Below are positions 9,621 to 17,500 of a stretch of 32,000 bases of DNA, piece by piece. Source of the DNA: Patescibacteria group bacterium. GTDB lineage: Bacteria; Patescibacteriota; Patescibacteriia; 2-01-FULL-39-33. The stretch spans positions 150,001-182,000 of the forward strand of contig JBAZRV010000001.1 of NCBI GenBank assembly GCA_041662745.1. Direction: 5' to 3'. A model generated the notes under the pieces. It was given only the letters and a program-made list of their open reading frames with translations, ran no database searches and was not told where the DNA came from. The number at the start of each line of letters is the position of its first letter. The stretch's first letter is position 1. Position numbers and translations under genes: made by a program.

Positions 9621-10301
9621 ATGGTAATATATATTTGCAGCGCTAAAAGCGGAGATTTGGAAAATGACAGGATAAAATTCAATCGGATTGAAGCCTGGCT
9701 CAAAGAGCAAGAAGTGAACGTTGTTAATCCGATAACTTTTTTGGACAGCCAAGAGGTGCAATTGCATTTGGCAGAAAGAGACGCTGTAGACAAGAAACTG
9801 ATCGAAAAATACGGCGAAGAACGCAGGTGTTGGTTTATACAAGTGCTTTCGCTATTATCCTATTGCGTTTCTCAATGTGATGCCATCTATTTGGAATATG
9901 ATTGGCAAGATGATACGATGTCGATTCTAGAATACGTCTTCAGTCAATATTTCGGCTTGCCATCGCTGATGAAGATTAAGGATCGGTTAGCGCAGGTGGA
10001 AGTCAATACCATTGACTTAACTAAGGCCCTATCTTCGCTTTTACCTGATTCGGCAATGACGGTTTTAACTAATTGCCCTAACCAGTTTGATGATGAAGAT
10101 TATGACGGAGAAGATAGCCAGGGGGAAATGAACCCTTATTCTAATGAAAAAGTTGATCCAGAAACAACGGACAATGTGGTTAATCTTGCGGCTTCAGCAG
10201 AGCAAAACAAGATGCGTCAGTGGTTGGAAAGTCAAATGGGCTCCGGTAATGTTAAGAAAGAAGATATTCCGGATGGGCAGGAGAGCAATAGCGATGGCTA
10301 A
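9621..10301 (+). CDS. DUF4406/nucleoside-deoxyribosyltransferase-like protein with acidic C-terminal tail
   Basis: Start ATG 9621 after AAAGGAGAAG; IYICSAKSG...WLKEQEVNVVNPITF...CDAIYLEYDWQDD...EYVFSQYFGLPSLM. Confidence 0.6.
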   Translation: MVIYICSAKSGDLENDRIKFNRIEAWLKEQEVNVVNPITFLDSQEVQLHLAERDAVDKKLIEKYGEERRCWFIQVLSLLSYCVSQCDAIYLEYDWQDDTMSILEYVFSQYFGLPSLMKIKDRLAQVEVNTIDLTKALSSLLPDSAMTVLTNCPNQFDDEDYDGEDSQGEMNPYSNEKVDPETTDNVVNLAASAEQNKMRQWLESQMGSGNVKKEDIPDGQESNSDG

Positions 10302-10914
10302 AAATAATCCAATTAATGCTTTAATCGCCGTAACTTTGAGCGCCTTATATTTTGTCTGGAACAACTTGCCCAATGTCTTGACCTCTTGCCGTTTGCTTTT
10401 GACGCCTTTAGCCATGATATTGCTTGTGCGGTCTTCGGCCGTGTCTTTGGCTGGGTGCTTATTGGTCGTGGTAATCATAGAGATAACCGATTTCTTTGAT
10501 GGTTTTCTGGCTCGACGCTGGAAGAAAGTTTCTGACTTCGGTAAATTGTATGATCCTTATTGCGATGTGACCTTCCACTTAATGATGTTTCTTTGCCTCG
10601 CCTCGCTGGGTATTCTACCCTTATGGATCATGGCCATATTCTTGTTCCGCGAACTAACGGTGTGGTTTTTGCGTGCTTATTGCGCCACCTCCGGCATTAA
10701 TTTGGCGGCTCGGCCCTGGGGCAAGCGTAAAGCCAATGCTCAAACTGCTATGCTGGTTTCCGTTATTGTCGCTTTAGGAGCCAACCTTTGGGGAGTCCCC
10801 TTGGCGGTGGATGCTGGTTTAATGGCTTTGTCTGTAATTTTTACCTTGGCGGCTGTGGCGGCAACTCTTATTTCCTTTGGCGATTACGTTAATTATTTTG
10901 TGAAGGAGTCTTAG
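10294..10914 (+). CDS. CDP-alcohol phosphatidyltransferase family membrane protein
   Basis: DFFDGFLARRWKKVSDFGKLYDPYCD matches Dx2DGx2ARx8Gx3Dx3D; multiple TM helices; ATG 10294 overlaps the end of the upstream gene. Confidence 0.88.
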   Translation: MAKNNPINALIAVTLSALYFVWNNLPNVLTSCRLLLTPLAMILLVRSSAVSLAGCLLVVVIIEITDFFDGFLARRWKKVSDFGKLYDPYCDVTFHLMMFLCLASLGILPLWIMAIFLFRELTVWFLRAYCATSGINLAARPWGKRKANAQTAMLVSVIVALGANLWGVPLAVDAGLMALSVIFTLAAVAATLISFGDYVNYFVKES

Positions 10915-11062
10915 ATATTGCACTTTAACCGGTCTTTAAGGCCGGTTTATTTTCATTAATTTTTGTCCCACCTTGACTTTTATCGTTCTATATGCTAAAT
11001 TATTGATTAGTCAGAGTGCTCGTAACAGGGCCTAAAGCCCATTTTTTAATTATTATATTATT

Positions 11063-11560
11063 ATGTTATCAATCAGATTGTCTCGAACAGGCAAGAAAAA
11101 ACACCCTTTGTATTCCTTGATCGTCGTAGAAAAATCCAAGGATCCGTGGGGTGACAATGTGGAAAAATTGGGAACTTATAATCCTCACACCAAAGCATCG
11201 GAAATCAAAGCCGAGCGCGTGGCTTTTTGGATTGGCAAAGGAGCCCAACCGACACCGACCGTTCATAACCTGCTGGTTAACTTGGGTTTGATTAAAGCGG
11301 ATAAGGTTAGAGCCGGAAAAACTCAGCCCGGCAAGAAGCGTCTGGCGCAGATAGAATCCGATAAGAAAGCCGCAGAAGAAGCCAATGTCAAAGCGGAAGC
11401 CGACGCTAAGGCAGCTGAAGAAGCCGCTAAAGCAGCGGCCGAAACTCCGGCTGAAACTATTGTTGCCCCGACTGAAGAGGTTGCAGCTGATGTTGCGGTT
11501 GAAGAAAAGCCGGTTGAAGTTGTTGAAGCTCCGGTTGCTGAAGAAGTAAAAACTGAATAA
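11063..11560 (+). CDS. rpsP: 30S ribosomal protein S16 with long Ala/Glu-rich C-terminal extension
   Basis: MLSIRLSRTGKKKHPLYSLIVVEKSKDPWGDNVEKLGTYNPHT is S16; ~70 aa low-complexity acidic tail follows. Confidence 0.93.
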   Translation: MLSIRLSRTGKKKHPLYSLIVVEKSKDPWGDNVEKLGTYNPHTKASEIKAERVAFWIGKGAQPTPTVHNLLVNLGLIKADKVRAGKTQPGKKRLAQIESDKKAAEEANVKAEADAKAAEEAAKAAAETPAETIVAPTEEVAADVAVEEKPVEVVEAPVAEEVKTE

Positions 11561-11565
11561 TTTAT

Positions 11566-11592
11566 TCTCTCTCTCTTATCAGAGAGAGTTTT
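11566..11592 (+). terminator. hairpin with T-run after rpsP
   Basis: CTCTCTCT-TATC-AGAGAGAG-TTTT. Confidence 0.5.
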
Positions 11593-11666
11593 GGATCGGT
11601 AGCTCAGTTGGTTAGAGCGCTGCCCTGTCACGGCAGAGGTCGCGGGTTCGAGTCCCGTCCGGTCCG
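11593..11666 (+). tRNA. tRNA-Asp (anticodon GUC)
   Basis: GGATCGG...CTGTCAC...GCGGGTTCGAGTCCCGTCCGGTCCG; acceptor pairs GGATCGG/CCGGTCC. Confidence 0.93.
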
Positions 11667-11785
11667 CTTTATGGAACAATATAAAAAGGCCTACAAATGT
11701 GGGTCTTTTTTTGTTGATTTGTGGTTAGGGTGGACTTGTCTACCGGCAGGCAGGCGGGACGAGGGGGATTTTAGAAAAATGAAAA
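11665..11785. repeat. direct repeat copy 1 (carries ~20-nt insertion)
   Basis: CGCTTTATGGAACAATATAAAAAGGCCTACAAATGTGGGTCTTTTTTTGTTGATTTGTGGTTAGGGTGGA...GGGACGAGGGGGATTTTAGAAAAATGAAAA. Confidence 0.9.
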
Positions 11786-11849
11786 CGCCGAGAACTTCCT
11801 TGTCCTCAGCGTTGATTACATAACGGTGCATTATTTGAGATGAGCGATA

Positions 11850-12185
11850 TTAACTCATCATTGTGAATTCTGGCTCAAGATATTGCACATCATTGCCATC
11901 AACAGAATACTTTAAGCTTGCTCCACCTCCGGATAAGAAAGCAATATCCTGAAATGCAATTGTCGCAAACCCTTCTTTGACTTGAAAATTTGTAATCGTG
12001 AATATTCCATATCTGTTTCCAGAAGAGTATTTTGCAAAAAGCTTTTCAAGCTCCGCTTCCGTATCCAAATCTTCGGGAACAAAGAGACCCATAGGTCTTA
12101 CTGTTCTGTTATCCCTTAAGTCTCTCAATATACTTCTGAATACCGCTTCATTATCTTTTGCGGTTTGGAGATAGTTACTGACCAT
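11850..12185 (-). CDS. hypothetical protein
   Basis: 111-aa ORF with AAAAGGAGG upstream and a promoter at 12261-12289. Confidence 0.7.
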   Translation of the reverse strand: MVSNYLQTAKDNEAVFRSILRDLRDNRTVRPMGLFVPEDLDTEAELEKLFAKYSSGNRYGIFTITNFQVKEGFATIAFQDIAFLSGGGASLKYSVDGNDVQYLEPEFTMMS

Positions 12186-12260
12186 TATTATTGTGGCCTC
12201 CTTTTGGTTGATTGTTCAAGAAATAGTAAGTCTATAAAACTAACAAAGTACTAACATATG

Positions 12261-12289
12261 ATTGTATCATATATAAATTATTTTGTCAA
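12261..12289 (-). promoter_or_regulatory. sigma70-type promoter for 11850-12185
   Basis: Minus strand TTGACA, 17-nt spacer, TACAAT. Confidence 0.7.
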
Positions 12290-12361
12290 ACGCTAATTCT
12301 AGGCATTTCAAAACTACCTTCGCATCTGCTAATATAAGTTCTAACATCGTCTATTACCCTT

Positions 12362-12463
12362 CGCTTTATGGAACGATATAAAAAGGCCTATAAATATAGG
12401 TCTTTTTATGTTGATTTATGGTTGGGGCGGACGGGACGGAGGGGATTTTAGAAAAATGAAAAG
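12362..12463. repeat. direct repeat copy 2
   Basis: CGCTTTATGGAACGATATAAAAAGGCCTATAAATATAGGTCTTTTTATGTTGATTTATGGTTGGGGCGGACGGGACGGAGGGGATTTTAGAAAAATGAAAAG. Confidence 0.9.
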
Positions 12464-12506
12464 CCCCGCACGATGTCGTACGGGGCTTCCGTGGATCGTG
12501 CGGGGC
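12461..12506 (-). terminator. GC-rich terminator with an overlapping alternative stem
   Basis: AAGCCCCGCACGATGTCGTACGGGGCTT hairpin; GCCCCGCACGAT can also pair perfectly with ATCGTGCGGGGC at 12495-12506. Located downstream of 12516-12806. Confidence 0.65.
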
Positions 12507-12515
12507 GAAAGTATG

Positions 12516-12806
12516 TTAGGCGAGGATTGCTCGCATCATCGCCTCGTCGTCGGGGCATTCATTGATGTGTTCTTTCATGAAGTGGAAGAAGTCGCCGCGA
12601 ACATTGGCGATACTTCCTCTGGTTGACCGCGCGTTCCGGAGCATCGATGCCTCATCGTCGAAACGCCGATATTCCACATCCGCTTTCTTCAGGTTGAAAG
12701 CGATGTGCAGAGCCGCCTTTTCTTCAGGATCCAAGCTTGCCCAAAACTCGTCCAACGCTCTTGCGATTTCTGAATCGATCCCTACTACACTGTGTGCACT
12801 CATCAT
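12516..12806 (-). CDS. hypothetical protein
   Basis: 96-aa ORF, strong Shine-Dalgarno GAGGAGAAG before ATG 12806, terminator downstream. Confidence 0.7.
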   Translation of the reverse strand: MMSAHSVVGIDSEIARALDEFWASLDPEEKAALHIAFNLKKADVEYRRFDDEASMLRNARSTRGSIANVRGDFFHFMKEHINECPDDEAMMRAILA

Positions 12807-12958
12807 GTCTTCTCCTCTCGTTTGAAGTTCATTTCTTGTCTTGGAGTGTGATGACGTCGTACTGGAGCCTTACGAGTCCCTGCTCGACTGCATAGGTCTC
12901 TTTCACCCTTAATTCTTGGTATATCGGCGGGAGCAGTAGATCTACTCAGTCCTTGATG

Positions 12959-13282
12959 TTACAGAAACAGATGGACGATGTAACCGATGCCTACAACGAG
13001 AAACGGATGGAAAATCAGATCCGCAATCAAGTTGATTTTCTTTTTCGACTTGTCGTCCTCTTCTTTCGCAGTGCTCATCTGCATCGTCAGAAATCCCACT
13101 ACCATTGATATGCCGATAGCTTGCACAATATTTAGTGCAGGCAAATGAAAAATGGGAACGACGAACCACAGCCAAAGCCATGACAATACTCATCCCCGAA
13201 TAATCGCCGCCAAAGTGAATACTCCAGTGAAAAACACCACTATACCAATAACCGCGGCCAGCTCGACCACAAGCAGATCCAT
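12959..13282 (-). pseudogene. small multi-TM membrane protein ORF interrupted by one in-frame TGA at 13190-13192
   Basis: ATG 13282 with AAAAGGAG upstream: MDLLVVELAAVIGIVVFFTGVFTLAAIIRG*VLSWLWLWFVVPIFHLPALNIVQAIGISMVVGFLTMQMSTAKEEDDKSKKKINLIADLIFHPFLVVGIGYIVHLFL. Both halves are in the same frame. Confidence 0.6.
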
Positions 13283-13343
13283 GATACGACTCCTTTTTCT
13301 TTTCGTGTATTTTCGCCACATATTATTCCCCTGTGACGTTGGG

Positions 13344-13395
13344 TTACAGATAATCTGTAATAGTTTATTATATCACATGGTTTAAAATTTGTCAA
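13344..13395 (-). promoter_or_regulatory. perfect consensus sigma70 promoter with operator-like dyad
   Basis: Minus strand TTGACA (13395-13390), 17 nt, TATAAT (13372-13367), then dyad TTACAGAT-A-ATCTGTAA (13344-13360) at the expected start site. Confidence 0.8.
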
Positions 13396-13553
13396 TGCAT
13401 CTATTTAGTTAACTATCTAATTTTATCCAAAATTATTTAAATTTATCTAATTTTGACTAAATTTTGGTGAAAGCCCCCCAATTAATTCTTCCAAAGTCGC
13501 CTAAATGGCGATTTTTTGATATAGTAACTAAACTAATAAATTAACGTAATCAT

Positions 13554-14291
13554 ATGGAACAGGACCGAATAAAAAACATCGTTAAAAAAAGTTATGCCGG
13601 CCTAGCCGCTTCGCAATCAGGTTGCGGTTGCGGCTGTAAGTCAGCTCAAGCCATATCAAAAAGCATTGGCTATTCCGATGAGGACATGAACGTCGTCCCT
13701 GAAGCTAATCTTGGTTTGGGTTGCGGCAACCCGACTGCTTTAGGAAAAATTAAAGAAGGTGACATTGTTCTTGATTTGGGTAGCGGAGCCGGGTTTGACG
13801 CCTTTCTCGCTGCCAAGAGAGTTGGCGATAATGGCAGGGTTATTGGCATTGATATGACCGAAGAGATGATTGCTAAAGCCGCTGAGAATGCAAAAAAGTA
13901 TGATTATAATAATGTTGAGTTCAGGCTTGGCGACATTGAGGCCTTGCCGATTGATAATAATTCCATTGATGTCATAATCAGCAATTGCGTAATCAATCTG
14001 GCTCCCGATAAATCAAAAGTGTTTAGGGAAGCATACAGAGTTTTAAAATCGGGCGGCAGAATGTATATCTCAGATATCGTGTTATTGGATAATTTAACAG
14101 ATGAACAAAAAAATGATGAAATTTTGATTGCCGGTTGCGTTGGCGGGGCTTTGTTAAAAGATGATTACATTGCGATTATAAAAGAATCAGGACTTGAAGT
14201 TAATATATTGGGGGAAAACAAGGATATTAGCAAAAAGCAGTACCAAGGATTGCCCTTGGAAAGTTTAGCGGTTGAAGCTGTCAAGCCTTAA
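13554..14291 (+). CDS. arsM: arsenite S-adenosylmethyltransferase-like protein
   Basis: [28 protein letters not shown]...[40 protein letters not shown]...[28 protein letters not shown]. Confidence 0.88.
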   Translation: MEQDRIKNIVKKSYAGLAASQSGCGCGCKSAQAISKSIGYSDEDMNVVPEANLGLGCGNPTALGKIKEGDIVLDLGSGAGFDAFLAAKRVGDNGRVIGIDMTEEMIAKAAENAKKYDYNNVEFRLGDIEALPIDNNSIDVIISNCVINLAPDKSKVFREAYRVLKSGGRMYISDIVLLDNLTDEQKNDEILIAGCVGGALLKDDYIAIIKESGLEVNILGENKDISKKQYQGLPLESLAVEAVKP

Positions 14292-14370
14292 TTGGGTTGG
14301 CAACGCCAATATGAAAACAAGCCCTGATATCATTCATTAGCTTTCATTATATTAGCTTTCATTATAAAAG

Positions 14371-14408
14371 CGCCCGATTCCGTTAGCCGGCGGATAGGGC
14401 GTTTTTTA
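14371..14408 (+). terminator. terminator-like hairpin after arsM
   Basis: GCGCCCGATTCCGTTAGCCGGCGGATAGGGCGTTTTTT. Confidence 0.6.
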
Positions 14409-14530
14409 TATTGAGGATGGGATTTCAGGTTTTAATATCATTTATAGAATTTAATTTTGTCATCAGCCCTATCCATCGGTTATTATTTTTTGTTTAAAAT
14501 TATTTATTTTTATGATAAAATTAGTGCATT

Positions 14531-17500
14531 ATGAGACCAAGACAGAGACACGAATCAATTGATGAAAGCGCTCCCGAAGCAGGTATCGGCGGATTAATCG
14601 CAACCGCCAAAGAGTCCGGTCATGTGGATTTGCGCTCTTTTTCTCTCGAGCGGTTGGCGCAATTGGCTCAATGGTATCGGGACAGTTTTGAATCTTTGGA
14701 TAAGGGAGATAGAGTGGAGTTTTTGGAACAATTCATGTCCCTGAATGAATTTGATGACCGGGAAAGCTTGGAGTTTATTAATAAAATAGATTTTGAATCA
14801 AGAGCCGAAATCGGTATTTTTATTTATCGCACGCTTGACGGTCTGAAGTTTATCCAAGCCTTTCAGGAATGCTGGCCGGCCATTGATTATGATCAAAGAA
14901 GCGAGATGGTCTTGTTTATTATTAAGAAGCGTCCCGCCTTGTTATTGATGATTGCTCCTTTTGTGAAATTAAGCCGGTGGTCCAAGGATGGTCGGTACGT
15001 TCTTTTGCCCAATTGGCAACATGAGAGGAGCAAGCCGGCTGACAGTCTGCAAAAAGAACGGTTTTCCGCTTATGAGAAAAGTTCCGAACTGATAGAGGGA
15101 TTATTGCGGTATTCGGAAAACCATCCTGAAGAAAACAGCAGTGCAGTCAGGGATAATTTGTCCAATATGAATCCGGCCTTGTTGATTCCTTATTTGGATC
15201 GGATAGAAAATTTGCATATTTTAAGCAAGGAGCAAATAAAAAATATCGCTACGGCTCCGCAAAGATTTTTGCCGGTAGATATTTTTTATACAACTGAAGA
15301 TCTTGAAGAAAAAAAAGCGATAATGAAGGAATTGGAGGCTTACCATCCAGATGAAGAAGAGAGGACGGCTCTGAAGTATCTTTATCCGACAGAAATAACC
15401 CCGCTTAAGTTAGGCGTTAAGCTGGCGAAAATAGAAAACCGCGCTCTTTTGAGGAAAACCCAGGCGCTGTTGAGTACGTTCCGGGATCGTCAGGGTAAAT
15501 TGGGCCAGGACAAATTGGATTATTTGTTCAAGTTAGTTGAAGACGGCGTTCCGGTATTCGCTCAAATTGATAATTTGGGCTTGTCAAAAACAGAGCTTGC
15601 GGCCTTGCTTAACCGTTGCGTTGAAGAAGAAGATTTTCCTTTCGGCGTCTTGCTTGACTTGAGCGATCTTAAAAAGTTTGTGGAATTCAGCCGTCGCACT
15701 GAGTCTGGGTCCGAAGCCGATCTGGAACAATCTTTAATTCGCCAGGTAATCAAAAATTTGCAAGAAAATGGCGAGTATGGCCGCGTAGGCAATGCCGTAG
15801 CCTTAAATGCCGAAGGATTTTTTTCGATTTTCAGAGTTAGCGAGCGGCAAAAAATATGGGATGCCGTAAATAAATTTGCCCCCGCTCTTTGGCTTAATAA
15901 TATAAATTATGCCATTAAACATGGGATTATGACATTTGATGAGCTGATCACGATTAGCTCCGGCGATGATCAAAATTTCATTAAAAAGTATCATAGATTA
16001 TTATATCACCTGCATCAATTGCGGCGGGAAGGCAAACCGGTAGAGGCGTCGGTAGAATCATTGGCCGGTAAAGCCAAATCGCTTTTTTCCGCCAACCCCT
16101 ACCTGTTTTTGCAAGCTGACAATTCTAAAATAGTGAAAAGCATTTATTCTCAAGCGGAACAGCAACAATTCATTACGGAACAGCTGACTGGGAATGTCAA
16201 TTCTTACTTTTTTGAGGCCTTATTGTCGTCTGAATATATTAATCAATATGCTGATGTTTGCCGGAGGCTTTTGGCCGAGAATGGCTATTTATTTGCCGTT
16301 GTAACGGAGTATTCCCATATCTGGGAAAGGGCTCGAAGGTTTGTTGAAACTAAAGAATTGATTGATTTGGTAATCCGTCATGCTGAAAGTATAAATTTTT
16401 CAACGTTATTTGATGATCTTTATTTAATTGCGGAATTAGGAAAAAAACCGGCCAAAGCGGCGGCTTTGGCGGAGCGTTTAACGGAATTGAATAATTTTTC
16501 GGCGTTAGCCCGATTGAACGAGGGAATCAATCGGTATGGCAAAGAAGAACAGAGATTGCAGAAGAAATTGCAATCTTTGCCGCAATTAAGTTATTTAAAT
16601 GATGAGGAAAAACAGAAAGAAGGCGAACGGCTTAAAAAAGAATTGGCCGAGCTGGTTGATAACGGCTATGAAGCGAATAATCGCAATTTAGAATTATTGG
16701 CCAGAGAGACGATAGAAATTTTAATTGAGGCCTGCGAGTCAAACAGGTTTTTGGTTTTTGATGAGAATATCTTAGTAACCGAGGGATTAGATGCGGCTAA
16801 ATATATCATTAGAGATTTGCCCGGCTATATAGCCGTTAATCCTGAAATATTATTTGAAGTGGATACTCGTCCGAATCGCGGGGAATCATCAATGTTGTGC
16901 GAAAACATCTTAGGTGAAGATAAGTATCATTTGCTTATACGAGAAAATGCGAGGCTTTTAGCCTTCAGGAAGAGTGAATATGGAGTCGCTTTTGACAATA
17001 AGTTTGTTCGGCCGGAGACATTGAAGCGGATTGAGGAAATGAACCCTTTAATTGGTTTGCTTGCTCAAAGCAAAACAGATTTGGATTATTACTCTGCGGT
17101 TTTAAGGCGGGTGATGGAAACGCCATTGGCGGGGCTATACCGAAAGGAATTGGAAAAAATAATCAAGGACAAGAAAGAAGCGGGTGAACCGAGATTGATT
17201 ACCGGATTTTTTGAAGCGGATAACGATTTTGAACAGCCGGCAAAAAAGATTTTTTTGCTCAACAGCCATGCGGCGATCAGAGCGCATGCCGGCTGGCTGA
17301 TGTCTCTGCCGGAAAATCAGCAAACCGAGCTTGTAGGCTTATTGGAATTTTCTCTGCTCAATGGTTTGGTTTTTTTGGGCAAAATATTGCAATCAGAGGA
17401 CTTCAGCGAAGTTAAGAAGGAGTTGCAAGGCGGTATTGAAGAGTTTGTTTTATATGTTTTCGGCCTGGAAGATCTGCCAGAATTGTCTTTTGACAATTTA

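Noticed and set aside
11593-12463. Integrated element with attL/attR at tRNA-Asp
   Set aside because: The direct repeats share only CGCTTT around the tRNA end, not a real 3' tRNA segment, and there is no integrase. Kept only as a duplication or cassette observation.
13190-13192. Genome-wide UGA recoding (Gly or Trp)
   Set aside because: The long ORF 14531-18760 ends naturally at TGA, and other conserved genes are full length under the standard bacterial code. One internal TGA is not enough.
12942-13319. 125-aa minus ORF
   Set aside because: Composition looks like an out-of-frame reading (RGRQVEKENQLDCGSDFPSVSRCRHRLHRPS). The alternative frame gives a coherent membrane protein apart from one TGA.
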